DNA of 64,000 bases from Elsinoe ampelina (lineage: Eukaryota), in assembly GCA_010093995.1 (NCBI GenBank), contig ML992507.1:140781-204780 (forward strand), read 5' to 3'. Positions 34,502 through 46,271 of the stretch are shown here, one piece after another; positions within the stretch are counted from its first letter, which is position 1, and every line of letters begins with the position of its first letter. A program made the position numbers and the translations under genes. Under the pieces are notes generated by a model. The model had not been told where the DNA came from. It was given only the letters and a program-made list of their open reading frames with translations, and did not search any database.

Positions 34502-36958
34502 ATGTGTAATTACAAGCTCGAATACCACCCATGCTGCTGCAGGATTAGCCCTCCATTATCGCTATCGGTTCCTACCGAGGTTTGTCCTTTCTACTTGGCA
34601 AGGAAAGAGACTTACATCAAAAACCATACAAGCTTCGCAGCAAGAAAATTCAACTCCCCACATCCACGATCCTCGTCTTCTCCTCCAACGCTGAACGCTC
34701 ACGCTGGATCGCCCTGCAACACACATCATCGCACAGCTTTTTTCAAGTTCGGCGACAAGACAACCAATGCGACCATTCAAAGATGGCTACTGAATCTGCC
34801 TCCTCCAGACTCGACCGACTCGCCACTAGCTATCCCTTCACGACCATCGCAAACAGATCAGCGACAGTCCACTACAGCCCACAGTAACGACCAGATCTCC
34901 GAAGACCTAGTGAAAGTCAAAGACTGGCTGACCCACCAAATCCCGCTGTCCTCTCTTCCTTCACGCCCCGCACCTCCCCAACCCTGCCCAAAGATCAGCT
35001 CCAACACCTCCACCGTCCTCGCACCTGCTCACCCAAGAGTTCCCTGTAAGCTCTGTGGGTCTACAGATCCTAGTCAGGGGAGGGACGTAGATCAAAGAGC
35101 TGTTCTACGGCGTTTGGGAGGGGGGGGCCTGGGCTTCCTCGCTGCGAGCTGGGGAGAGAGGTTATGGAGGGACTGGTTTGATTGCGTGGTGGAGAAGTAT
35201 GGAAGCGAGGAAATTTATGAGGGTGAAGACACTGTTGGAGATGCTGATGGTCGCGTTTCTAATGCGGAGCAAAAACATGAACTCACTGCAGGCCCGGCAG
35301 ACCCACCAACACGAGGCCGACGACAAACTCAAGCATCGATGGACTCTGACGGCGATACTATCATGCGTCGTGGCTGGGCCTATCAACATCTACCTCATGA
35401 GTTTCCAACATGGGACGCTATTCGTCAGCAACAAACGAGCCAGACACGCTCTGAGCCCGCGGCTTGTTCCGCAGACGTGGTCATGTCGAGGGGTTGGGCA
35501 TACCCGCCTCTCCCGGACGAGGGTCCGACGCGGGGTGCTCACAAACAAGACGATCATCGAGGCCAGAGCCAATCCTCATCACAGGCTGAAACCCAGGCTC
35601 AGACCCAAGGTCATTCACAGCGACAAACTCAAATTCGCAATGGCCCTTCGCATCCATCCCAGCTTCATCACCAGTCTCCCGGCCCCCGTCTCCGCCACCG
35701 CCGTACCAGAACCGAGGTCTCTACCCAACTCGCTGTCCAGTCTCGACCTCATTCTCGACCTCAAACCCCTCTCCGACCGACTGGAAGCGAGACCGCCATC
35801 TCGAACGCAGCTCCTCATGCAGCCTCCAACGAGAACGTAGACGCCACCCGAAGTACATGTCAAACCGCAGCTCGAAGCACAAACCCAATCGGCCCCCCAA
35901 CCACAACCACCGATCCCACGGCAAATTCAGTGCCCACAAGTGGAACAGCCACGGCAGCAAGCACGTACCGCTTCTCTCCCTCCACTTACATGGCTCTCGT
36001 CGCCGCCTACTTCCCTGATCCTGACTCAGGAGACGCCACTGCAGCCGTTGAGCCGAATGAAAGGCTGACACGATCTGCCAACGAAGCAGGAGGCCGAAGT
36101 GGAGGTGATCACGGTGGTCGCGAAGCAAACCATCTGCACCGCGGCTCAAGGCATCCAGAACGCGTAAGCAGACGCGGAAGCCGACCCGTCGACCATAAGG
36201 AGATTTCTAGCCCCCACGAAGGCAAACAAATCAACCCAGCCGCTCCGCAGGTCCATCACGAACGCACGCTTCCAAACCACCACACATGGTCTGCCAGCTA
36301 TGGGTCCACGGGAGGCCATAGCGGGGAGAGACACCGCGCCCTCGCCCTGGCCGCCGCAGCCGGCCGGGCGGGCACGTCCCCGTCCCCATCCCACCCCCTC
36401 CCCAGTCCGAGCCAGGAAGCCGTTACTCGCCCACCCCCTCACGCGGAGCAGGACACCACATGGACCCCACCCCCCGTGGCGCGCGACGATCGTAGTGCAA
36501 GAAGCCAAGTACCCCCCGGAAACCCACCCCGCCGTCCCCCCCGCCCCGCTCGTCAACCTCACCAACCTCTCAGGTCCAGACCAGAGCTAGTGGTCGACAC
36601 CACTCCCCCTTCGTCGGCAGGAGGGGTCTCGCCTGGAGGTGCAGCTGGGAGCGCAACGGGGGATGCAGCGGGGGGTGAACGAAGAGGGGCAGCGAGAGAC
36701 GCAGGGAGAGGAGACGGCGGAGACGACGAGGGAGATGGGGGGCGAGGAGGTGTGACTCCCACCGCGCCCCGGGCGGGGCAGGGTGCGATGGTGCGAGAGA
36801 GCGCTGGTCCTCTTGATGGCGACGTTGGCGGGGGGGAGGGGGAGGAGTGGTGGCCTCCTCTTGTGCCGGTGCGAGCTGGCGAGAGAGGCGAGGGTAGGGA
36901 TGGGACGTTACTTGGGGGAAAGGCGTGGTCGGGATGCGGGATGAGGGATCATGCATAG
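34502..36958 (+). CDS. Hypothetical low-complexity protein with Cys/His-rich N-terminus
   Basis: Uninterrupted ORF of ~818 codons from ATG 34502 (MCNYKLEYHPCCC...CP...CKLC); upstream TATATAA near 34267. Confidence 0.6.
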   Translation: MCNYKLEYHPCCCRISPPLSLSVPTEVCPFYLARKETYIKNHTSFAARKFNSPHPRSSSSPPTLNAHAGSPCNTHHRTAFFKFGDKTTNATIQRWLLNLPPPDSTDSPLAIPSRPSQTDQRQSTTAHSNDQISEDLVKVKDWLTHQIPLSSLPSRPAPPQPCPKISSNTSTVLAPAHPRVPCKLCGSTDPSQGRDVDQRAVLRRLGGGGLGFLAASWGERLWRDWFDCVVEKYGSEEIYEGEDTVGDADGRVSNAEQKHELTAGPADPPTRGRRQTQASMDSDGDTIMRRGWAYQHLPHEFPTWDAIRQQQTSQTRSEPAACSADVVMSRGWAYPPLPDEGPTRGAHKQDDHRGQSQSSSQAETQAQTQGHSQRQTQIRNGPSHPSQLHHQSPGPRLRHRRTRTEVSTQLAVQSRPHSRPQTPLRPTGSETAISNAAPHAASNENVDATRSTCQTAARSTNPIGPPTTTTDPTANSVPTSGTATAASTYRFSPSTYMALVAAYFPDPDSGDATAAVEPNERLTRSANEAGGRSGGDHGGREANHLHRGSRHPERVSRRGSRPVDHKEISSPHEGKQINPAAPQVHHERTLPNHHTWSASYGSTGGHSGERHRALALAAAAGRAGTSPSPSHPLPSPSQEAVTRPPPHAEQDTTWTPPPVARDDRSARSQVPPGNPPRRPPRPARQPHQPLRSRPELVVDTTPPSSAGGVSPGGAAGSATGDAAGGERRGAARDAGRGDGGDDEGDGGRGGVTPTAPRAGQGAMVRESAGPLDGDVGGGEGEEWWPPLVPVRAGERGEGRDGTLLGGKAWSGCGMRDHA

Positions 36959-37197
36959 GGTATGGAGGGGAGGACTACGGTGGTTGTCATGTACTGCATG
37001 AATGATAGTTTGGACTTGGGAGTGAGGCTGGGAGACTTGGATGCGGCGGGTCCGTTGTTCTAGCGGTGAGAGTCTCGGTGGCGGTGGTCAGGAGCAAAGT
37101 GGTTGTACCCTAAGCATTGACAGACCGAAATGGCATTCCTTTTCCTCTATCGCTTACTCCTTTACTACCACATGGGTAGTATGCCTGGTAGTCTACT

Positions 37198-39757
37198 CTA
37201 GTAGTACATATGCCCGGCCAGCTTCTCCTTTGGCACCCTGACCCTCAGCACCTTGTTGATGTGACTCAAATCAGGAGTCTTACCCTCCCTCGCAGCCAGA
37301 AGGTGAGCACTCTTGACCACATTCTTGATCTCCCTACCATTGAGGTCAATCCTAGCCAGCTTCTCGATCTGCTCCTCCGTGACAAGCGAAGCCGTCCTGT
37401 CTCCATCGTTGACACCTGACAAGTCTGGTCGGATGTTGTCGGGAGTACTACCAGAAGTGGCACTGTCACTCGTCTTTCCTTCAGCCGTCAAGCCGTTACT
37501 CTTGGTATCTGATAGGACCTCGGCGCCCTTATCACCAGATCTCTTGCCAGTCTGGCGGGTCAAGAAGGTAGTCCAGATAGCCTTGCGGCTCGTAGCCTCC
37601 AAATTGGGGTAGTCCAGAGCCAGGTCAATGCGAGAAGCAAACGCTGGGTCGAAATCGTCGTGTCGGTTGGTAGTTAGGAAGAGGAGACCCTTGTGATACT
37701 CGAGCTGACGTAAGAACACTCCGACCATTCTGTTACGAGCAGAGTCAAACTTTTCCCGCTGAGCGAGAAAGACGTCGCACTCGTCGATGAGTAGCACAGC
37801 GTCCCACTTGGCACAGATCTCCAAAACATCGGATAGAGAAGCCTCGATATGGCCAGTCATGTCTCCAAGCTCAGCAGAAGATACAGCGTAAAGCGGACGC
37901 TTCATCTCTTCGGCGATAGATTCGGCAGTGAGTGTCTTGCCGACGCCAGGTGGGCCGGAGAGAAGGATGATGATTCCTTGACCTTTACCTTCGATCACAT
38001 CATCGAACTGGGTGCCCCCATGACGGACCTGACTGTCGGCGAAGGCGTAGAGGATCTCCTTGTCTTGTTCTGGTAGTACCAAGCTCGGAAAAGCGTCCTT
38101 GTTCCAATCAACTTCGCGCATGTTCTCGATGCTGAAGACAACTGTACATGGTCAGTGATAGTTCATCAGGATTCTGCTTGCGAAATGGCTGCTCACCCCA
38201 AGCTTTCTTGGTCAGGCAGTAGCCGCGGAGCTCATTGGTACAGAGGAGGAGGTGTTCGTCCTTGAGAGCTGGTAGGGTGGTCTGTTGATCTTTGATAGTC
38301 TCGTTCCCCTCCGCATCAGCTGCACCCTTAGTGCCATTCATCTTCTTGCCGCGGAACGGATCGCCGGGAAAGTACCGACGATAGCGATATGGCATCCGGC
38401 CAGCGGGATTAGGACTGTCGTGATGCATGTGAGAGTGGGTGTTTGAGGCCAAGGTGCTACCAGACTGGAGGTCCAAACGTGACAGAGGCCCCAGAGGTGG
38501 CATACCGAGATGACTGTAGTTCTCATACATCTCGCCGTCGATCATGATTCTGCCGTTATCGACCTGTCAAGCTGTCAGAATGGCATATCTCTGGTAGTAT
38601 ACCTGCTTGAAACCTACCACTTCTTTGACATATTTTCCGTCTGGAGTGCCGCGAAGATACACACCGGAGTAGGCTTTGTGATGAGGTCCTACCAGGACTT
38701 GCCATTTCCTACCACGTTCGATCAAGCGGGAGCGGATATTTTCCTTGTCCGGTCTCATCTCTAAAGGCTGAATCTTGATGTCCTTGATAGGCTGAGCACC
38801 TTCGAACGTAGCCATGAGCAGTCGAGCAGCTGCTGCTCCACAGGTCTCGCCGTCATTGTCGACATAGCAGCAGGTAATCTGGAAGAGACTTTCGCCGTTG
38901 ATGACGACAAATTCCGTTTGCTCAACCAGATAGGCTCGGTCCATGTGGTCCTTTTGAGTGTGCACGACAGTGCCAGGCTCGAATAAGAACCACAGATCGT
39001 CGCAGGTGATGATGCCTTTGCTGATACCATCGCGAATGCGTTCGAAGACGGGACCGATGTCTGGCTTGAGGACGTCGATCAACAAGGCGATGTGCTTTTT
39101 TTCCGTTTCGTCGGTGATCTCTGCGGCGGCTTGCAGTAGCTTATCCCAACGGTGCACAAATTCGCGGAAGGGGTGCTGGAACTTGAGCGTGTTAAGCTTC
39201 ATGCTGACACCACGGTAGCCATCAAAGACGTTTTCCAGGATTTTCTTGATGAGTGGGCTTTGGACCATGATCGAGTGCAGCCTGATACCTACCAGGCTTT
39301 CCGTGTCTTTTTCGCGTTTCACTACTAGAGCATGCTGCTGAAGCTGATTTTGAGCCATGAGGGCGGCATTTTCCTGGCCAGGCTTCCAAGGCTTCCAGGA
39401 GGAAGTAGGCTTGGATCGGTAAAAATCTTTTGTGGTGCCTTTCATGCCAAATTCGCAGAGCTCCATCTTGGTGGTACTAGCAGCATCGTCGCCCTCTGGT
39501 AGGATATTGTCATGACCTGGCAGGGTGGGTAAGCCTGGTAAACCTGGTAGACCTGGTAAGAAGCCTGGTGGGGGTGGGTCGATGGGCAAGGGATCCATGT
39601 CGTCGATATCCATGTCAGGATTCAAAGCTATGCGACCTTGGATGAAAGAGTCGTCGGAGGATGGGTCTGAAGATGTGGAATGTCGGCGTCGTTTCTTGGT
39701 TGATCGTCTTGCCATGGGTCGCAGTTCCGATAACATGGAATCAAAGTCCATGGCCAC
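37198..39757 (-). CDS. Fungal AAA+ ATPase
   Basis: FDDVIEGKGQG, Walker A GPPGVGKT, Walker B LLIDECD, FLTTNR, AFASRI, LNGREIKN; two GT-AG introns; true start may lie further upstream. Confidence 0.9.
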
Positions 39758-40954
39758 CTTCAGTCATATCAGTATGATGATCAATTGCTGGTAGTCTCAG
39801 AAGATGGAATACTACCAGAACCTTGTTTGCCGGCGGTCTATTCAGATAATCACTACCGCAGGCAGTGGGGATTTGGTAGTACTGCGATTGCCGCAATGAC
39901 AACTGCGCCCGGAGAGTGAAGCGAGGTCAGAAGAAGTTTCTGGATGTGAGAAAGAGATTTGAGGTGGAAGAAGGACTGCCATGTGCAGGCTTGACGTGTC
40001 AAGTCGAGCTCGCGTTCTGCAGCTTCCCCCTCCATGCAGTGGCCCGAATCGTGGCGTAGTGGGTAGTACAAAGAATTCAGCATATGATAAACAAGGCAAA
40101 TCTCAGATCAGGTTAGGCAATCAAGCACGTAGAAGGCACATCATAGTCATAGTCATAGTCAGAGAACAGACAACGCCCACCAAGCATCGACTGCACTGTC
40201 GTTGTAGTGGAATTATATCAAGGTTCGCAATTGGCCATGGGAAAAGTGCATCTCAAGCAAACAATGGTATCAGGAATAATGGCATCAGTTGGGGCTGGGC
40301 CAGCTTTTAACAAAAACGTGAGCTTAGCGCTAAATCGGTCGGCAAACTTTGCCCCACTCGCAACGGTTTCAGATTAGAAAAAACAAAAAAGACAGGCACC
40401 CTTTTCAGGCCATCTCGATCAACTTTACATCTTTCAATTCCATACAGTCCTGGGGCACCACCCCGAAGAGTGGGCATCACGCCCCACCCCAGCTTGCTTA
40501 GCGATCGAGACGTGGCGTCAAAGATGTGAGGCTCGTTCCTGTCCAGAGATGATGCCTGACAGCAGGGGGCTGCGGGGTCCTATGCCGAATTGGCACCAAG
40601 GGCTTGAACGTGGCGTAAGCAGCTACTTCCCCACTTACCAATTCGATGTGCGTCCTGACAAAACAGGACGATCGAGCTCAAGATCGCATCATCACTCATG
40701 CCAGATGCGTCCAAAGGCGTTTCCATGCAGTGACCCCAATCTGCAAGTCTCTCAGGGATAAGCCACCTGATTGCTTGGTGAGCTTATAGTCTCCAGTCCG
40801 TCATGTGCTAGAGCACTGGCACGTTCATGGAGAGCTGAGCCAGCAAAGCCCATTCGATAGATTGGATCTCGTCACGATGCAGGCGGACCCCTATATGAGA
40901 GGTAAGTGCGCCGCATCAAGCGGCTCAAGATACTCATTCTACATTCGGTTCAGT

Positions 40955-42100
40955 ATGCGCTTCTCGAAGCTGTTTGCCGCTGGTTTGACCCTGCCACTAC
41001 TCTCGTGTGCACACACCAGACATCAGCCTACCAAACAATTGGACAATATCAATCTTGGTTCCTTCACACCAACAGCTTCTTACATCCTTGCCCAAGAGCT
41101 CGGCCTGTTCCCATCTCAAGGTCTCAATGTTTCATATCTGCTGATACCCAACTCCACCTTTGCGTACAACCAGCTCCTTACTGGCGGCTATGATGTGCTC
41201 TTTGGCGCCATCGACAACATTCTGAATCGTCGATTCAATCAGAACCTCAATCTTTCAGCGGTCGCTCAGATTGATGCCGGGCCAGACTATGCCATCTACG
41301 GAGTGCCAGGCATCAACACTGTCCAAGACCTGAAAGGCAAGAGTCTCCTCGTCGACAGCCCGGTCAGTGGTTTCGCCTACCTCGTCCGCAAGATTCTATC
41401 ACTCTATGGTCTTCGCATCGAGAGCGGCGACTACAACTTCACTGCAAGTCTCTTCATGCTTCTCCTACCATCCCATCTAACGTTAATGCAGGCAGTAGGT
41501 GGCACCCCGTTTCGCTACGACGCTCTTGTCAACGGCACCTTCGCGGGCCAACCCACCTACGCCACACTCCTCACCTGGCCTTTCTCCGCCTACGCCAACG
41601 CCCTTCCCTCTACCCGGCGCCTGAACATCCTCACCCGCGTCTCTGACCTGGTCGCACCCTACACCTCCACGTGCGTCACTGCATCAGGACGCGGTCTCGC
41701 CAACCCAGTCACAAGAGACAAGATCGTCCGCTTCACCGCTGCTCTTTTGGACGCCAATCGCTTCCTCGCCTCTACCAGGCGTAAAGACAAGGACTGCGCA
41801 AGGAAGATCATCATTCGCTTCTTGAACGTCACGGATGCAGTCGGAGCAGCAGAGTACGCTGCCATCACTGATCTTGTCACTGGGGAAATCACGCGAGGGC
41901 AGAAGGGCAATTTGACCGTGGACCAAGTGGGCACGATCAATGTGATCAACGAGCGTCTCGAATTCGGTGCATTCCCCAACGTCACAGCCGGATTCGATTT
42001 CGTAGAAGCCATCAAGCCCGGGCCAGGAAAAGTAGTAGACGACGCCGTGCTCAAAGAAGCCGTAGCTATTGCCGGGAAGGAAGTGAAGTGCCGCGCCTAG
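40955..42100 (+). CDS. Secreted periplasmic-binding-fold protein (SsuA/TauA/NMT1-like solute-binding protein)
   Basis: Signal peptide MRFSKLFAAGLTLPLLSCA; AQELGLF..QGLNV, DLKGKSLLVDSPVSGFAYLVRKIL..YGL, VGGTPFR; probable in-frame GC-AG intron 41444-41491. Confidence 0.8.
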   Translation: MRFSKLFAAGLTLPLLSCAHTRHQPTKQLDNINLGSFTPTASYILAQELGLFPSQGLNVSYLLIPNSTFAYNQLLTGGYDVLFGAIDNILNRRFNQNLNLSAVAQIDAGPDYAIYGVPGINTVQDLKGKSLLVDSPVSGFAYLVRKILSLYGLRIESGDYNFTASLFMLLLPSHLTLMQAVGGTPFRYDALVNGTFAGQPTYATLLTWPFSAYANALPSTRRLNILTRVSDLVAPYTSTCVTASGRGLANPVTRDKIVRFTAALLDANRFLASTRRKDKDCARKIIIRFLNVTDAVGAAEYAAITDLVTGEITRGQKGNLTVDQVGTINVINERLEFGAFPNVTAGFDFVEAIKPGPGKVVDDAVLKEAVAIAGKEVKCRA

Positions 42101-42169
42101 ACTTACCCCCAGCTCCATCCTCTCTCACCCCGTACATACCAAATGCTACACACATTCCCAGTCGCCACC

Positions 42170-43046
42170 CTACCACCCCCTCACCTCCCCCTCCCCCGTG
42201 TCACCCACGCCCCGATTCCCCCAATACCCCCCACTAACACCCAGCACATCCCCCACCGCCAACCGCACCGGGATCCTCGCCCCCTCCTCCGGCGTCTTCG
42301 ACGGCTTCCCCACAATATTCCCCATCTCCGTGTCTACCCACCCGGGACAACAACAATTCACCACCACGCCCTGGTTCCCCCTCGCCAGAATAGCAGTCAG
42401 AGCATTGATCGCTGCCTTGCTGAAACTGTACCCGTTTGCGCTCCCGAAGTCGGAACCAGGCTGCTTGATACTGTCGGGGGAGTGGGAGGAGAGGAAGGTG
42501 TCTGCCAGGGCGTCGAGCTGGGGGAGGGTGAGAGACGGGGAGCGGAATGTGGATTTGATGCTGGGGGAGTAGCGGTGGAGTGAGGAGCCGGTGGAGGAGA
42601 CGTTGACGATACGTGGCTCGCCAGGGGATGCGTTCAAGAGGGGGAGGAGGGAAAGACACATGGTTTTTGTGCCGTGATAGTTGACGTTTACGACGGTGGA
42701 GGCGGGGACGCCCGTGGAGCCTGTGTCGTTGGTACCGGCGTTGTTGATGAGGATGTCGAGGTGGGTTTCGTTGGTGGTGATGGTGTCGCGGAGGGAGGAG
42801 ATGCTGGTGGGAGAGGAGATGTCGAGGGTGGGGAAGTGGATTTTGCTGTCTGGCGAGGAGTGGGAGAGGGGGAGGGTGCTGCCCGCGCGGGAGCAGGCGT
42901 ATAGGTGCACGGGAAAGGGTTGGGTGAGGAGGGATTGGGCGATTGCGAGGCCGATGCCGCGGTTCTGTAGGAAGTTAGGGACGGTGGAGAGGAGAGCAGG
43001 GGTGGCTTACGGCGCCGGTCACGACGATGACTTTTGGAGCAGACAT
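42170..43046 (-). CDS. Short-chain dehydrogenase, carbonyl reductase-like
   Basis: MSAPKVIVVTGA|NRGIG (one intron), LINNAG, IVNVSS, YSFSK, CCPGWVDTEM. Confidence 0.92.
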
Positions 43047-43782
43047 GGTGTTTGTGGCGATACGATGGTGGAGAGACGAGATATTGAGATACACACGGTT
43101 ATACTAGACCTGACTTGCCTATGATATGTCGATTCTTTTGTGTCGTCATTGACTCGATGATGTGCATGATCTTGCCTCGAGCACTCGCAGAAGCTGGAGC
43201 ACTGTTACGACTTGCAAGCTGTGTCTAGCGTTGCAGTATGCTATTGCTTTCCTAGCAGCAACTTCACGTTGATGCCAATGTAGTTGTGCAGATGAGAAAA
43301 CATAATGGCAAGATATCCTGGCCCCTCACGTGCTCTGTCGCGTCGCCCTGGAGTCTCCACTTGCCCAGATTTGCAATGCATTTCATTTTTCCATTTCTAA
43401 AAATAACACGTAAGTGCATCACCAAGGGACAAGCCAAGCAGCACACGCAGGCACCGTCTTAGCATCACAACAAAGCCTTCACGTGGCTCAGCACGCGGCC
43501 GACACATCATGGCGCTCGCCCTGGGCATTATCCGCGATCTGGTGGCTCCAATTTGCCGCGATCAATCGTTCCGCTGAGGGCCGGACCAGCGAGACTTCCG
43601 CCCCTGGCTCCGCTCGCTAGTCCAGTCCATCCATCAGGCGTTCACGGCACGACGCTACCCAGTCAGGAGCTTCACTTTACTTAAGCGACACTCTTTACGG
43701 CCATACCGTTCGGCGACAATCCCACTGTGCCTGCGCTGTCGTCGAAGACGCTTTCCTCCAACGAAAGTATGCACCGCACCTT

Positions 43783-45492
43783 ATGCGCCCCCTCCGCTCC
43801 CTCTTCCGCCGGCACCGCTCCTTACTGCGCCTGCTGCTCATTTTGTGCATCGCATTGAGCCTCGATGTCCTCGCAATCGCGCGACGACCAGCATACTACC
43901 ACCCGCCCTCTGCTGCCAGCTTCTCCGACTCCTCTGCACAACAAGAAGAATCAATCTTCATAGCTTCGCTGTCATGGAATGACGCAGACGAGCTTATGAA
44001 ATTCTGGGTACATTCACTCCTAGACACAGTGGAAGCACTCGGCCGGAACAATGTGTACATCTCGATACTGGAGAGTGGAAGCTGGGATGGCGCTGGAGAC
44101 ATTCTCATGAGCCTCGCTGGAGAGTTGGATGAACGGGGAGTACGCAACAGAATACACACGGCAAATGTGACACACCTGGATATTCTGGAAGGCACGGTCG
44201 GTCATCTGTTGAGCGGCAAACAAGGCGAAAAGAGGAGGCAAGAGTGGAACAAGCAATTGGCGACTGAAAAGTTGTGGAGGGAATGGGGTTTACCTGAAGA
44301 GGAGAAGAATAAGGAAGAGGACGAGGAGACAAAAGCCAGACATGCCGAGCAGGTGAGGATGCAGATACCTGCTGAGGGTGGATGGATTACGACGAAGAAT
44401 GGTCCAGAGGTGAGGCGCATACCGTACTTGGCGAGACTGAGAAATCAAGTCATGGACGATATGCTACGAGTGGAGGAGGAGACCGGGAAGAGGTTTGACA
44501 AGGTGCTATGGTTGAATGATGTCAAGTTCTCAGTACACCTCCCTTTTTATATCGTTCAACGATCCCGAACATTCCCTCCAGGCTTGCCCATACCATGTCC
44601 CCACCCACGACCACGCCCAAACACCCACCCCTTCGCCCATGAAAGTTCCAGACTAACTAACTCCCAGCCCTCCGACGTCCTCACCCTCCTCCGCACGCAC
44701 CACGGCTCCTACGCCGCCGCCTGCGCTCTCGACTACCGCCACCCACACCAGTACTACGACACCTTCGCCACCCGCGACATCTCCGGCAACGAAATCCCCA
44801 GCCAACACTGGCCCTACTTCGCCGACGCCGCGTCCCAAAACCTCCTCACCAGCGGCCGGCCCGTCCCCGTCCAAGCCTGCTGGGGAGGCATGCTCGTCTT
44901 TGACGCGGCGGCATTCTACCCTTCCCATCCCTCCACCGCCTCCCCTTCTTCTGCCGACACAAACCCACCTACCAAACGCTCCCCCGGCCCCTCCGACTCC
45001 CGCGCCCAGCCAATCCCCTGGGGCCGCCCCTCCGACGCCCATCCCGGTCTGCGCTTCCGGGCCATCCCCGACTCTCTCTCCGCTCTCCATCTAGAAGCGA
45101 GCGAGTCCTGCCTCATCCACACCGATAACCCCCTCAGTCCCACGCGAGGTGTCTTCCTCAATCCGAGGGTGAGAGTGGCGTACAGCGCGGAGGTGTACGC
45201 GGCTATGCACACTGGACGGCATGGAGGGGCGAGAGTGCCGTTGCGGACGAGGGTGAGGGGGGCGTGGGATTTGAGGTTGGCGAGGTGGATGGGGGGAGGG
45301 GGGAGGAGGGAGAGGAGGTTGAGGGGGGAGGTGAGGAGGCGGTGGAAGGGGGCAGAGCAGGGGGGTGGGGGAGGGGGAGGGGGAAAGGGAAGTGAAGGGA
45401 GGGAAGGGGGAGAGGATGTCGAGGGGAAGGGGAGGGTGTGTTTGATTGATGAGCAGCAGGTTTTGAGGTGGAACGGGTGGGCGCATGTGTAA
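43783..45492 (+). CDS. Glycosyltransferase family 69 (CAP59/Cmt1-like alpha-1,3-mannosyltransferase)
   Basis: N-terminal TM; ISILESGSWD, RRIPYLARLRN, WLNDV, YYDTFATRD, ACWGG, EASESCLIH; probable in-frame intron ~44533-44667. Confidence 0.9.
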   Translation: MRPLRSLFRRHRSLLRLLLILCIALSLDVLAIARRPAYYHPPSAASFSDSSAQQEESIFIASLSWNDADELMKFWVHSLLDTVEALGRNNVYISILESGSWDGAGDILMSLAGELDERGVRNRIHTANVTHLDILEGTVGHLLSGKQGEKRRQEWNKQLATEKLWREWGLPEEEKNKEEDEETKARHAEQVRMQIPAEGGWITTKNGPEVRRIPYLARLRNQVMDDMLRVEEETGKRFDKVLWLNDVKFSVHLPFYIVQRSRTFPPGLPIPCPHPRPRPNTHPFAHESSRLTNSQPSDVLTLLRTHHGSYAAACALDYRHPHQYYDTFATRDISGNEIPSQHWPYFADAASQNLLTSGRPVPVQACWGGMLVFDAAAFYPSHPSTASPSSADTNPPTKRSPGPSDSRAQPIPWGRPSDAHPGLRFRAIPDSLSALHLEASESCLIHTDNPLSPTRGVFLNPRVRVAYSAEVYAAMHTGRHGGARVPLRTRVRGAWDLRLARWMGGGGRRERRLRGEVRRRWKGAEQGGGGGGGGKGSEGREGGEDVEGKGRVCLIDEQQVLRWNGWAHV

Positions 45493-45693
45493 CTTAGGTT
45501 CATCAAATCAAGAGAAAGGAATCACGATGTTGTCACTCGCTGCTTTGTGGGATGATATGCCTGCCGAGTGTCACGTGCCCTCCCATCACATTCCCTGACA
45601 CGGCGTATGGCAGAGCAAACAAAGCCGGCAGTCCGGTCTTCCCTCCGACGGTTCCCACCAAGTCAGATCGCCGCATGGTCAGGTCTCCCCCCG

Positions 45694-46110
45694 TCATGTC
45701 AGCATCACCATCCAACATGCCCTGAACTTATCACCCGTTGTATATCCGACCACCCCGACCAAACTTCCCGCCAACTCCCCCCGTCTGCCACAGTCGTCAT
45801 CTTGCTTCACGTTGCTTGCTAGCCAAAGGGTCCGGGGCGCTATATCAGCCTCGCTATCACCTGCCGTGCAGGCTTGGTATGCTTGGCAGCCGGCGGGAGG
45901 CGCCGGTGTACCGGGGGTTGGCGCTGGGTTTTGGCGTTGGGTTTGGGAAACGGGATCGACGTGAGTGGGTAATCTGGTGGCTTTGGTGATGGGGCTGTGG
46001 CGTTCGGATTTGCGACGGGAGTTGGGGTGGGAGGTGGTGGCTTTGGTGGTTGAAGACGCAGGGACTGGCTGGGAGGAAGGCAGGGGAGGAAGTTCGCCTG
46101 CTCGGTGCAT
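45694..46110 (-). CDS. Possible small hypothetical protein
   Basis: 138-codon ORF with ACCATG start context; no recognisable domain. Confidence 0.25.
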   Translation of the reverse strand: MHRAGELPPLPSSQPVPASSTTKATTSHPNSRRKSERHSPITKATRLPTHVDPVSQTQRQNPAPTPGTPAPPAGCQAYQACTAGDSEADIAPRTLWLASNVKQDDDCGRRGELAGSLVGVVGYTTGDKFRACWMVMLT

Positions 46111-46271
46111 GGTCGTTATGGTGTATGTGATAGGTAGATTGAAGATGAATGATCTTTGATGAGAGGTATCTATATGACTCGCTGGATGCTAGGAAATGCT
46201 ATGATGCTTCTAATATGAAATCTTGATTTGTCATAAAGGCCGTGATATCAAAGACAACATGTCGTTTCAGG

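Noticed and set aside
40820..40900. Possible TPP riboswitch upstream of the NMT1-fold gene (GCTGAG...GATC)
   Set aside because: Lacks the conserved CUGAGA and GAUAAU...AGCG core and has no convincing helices
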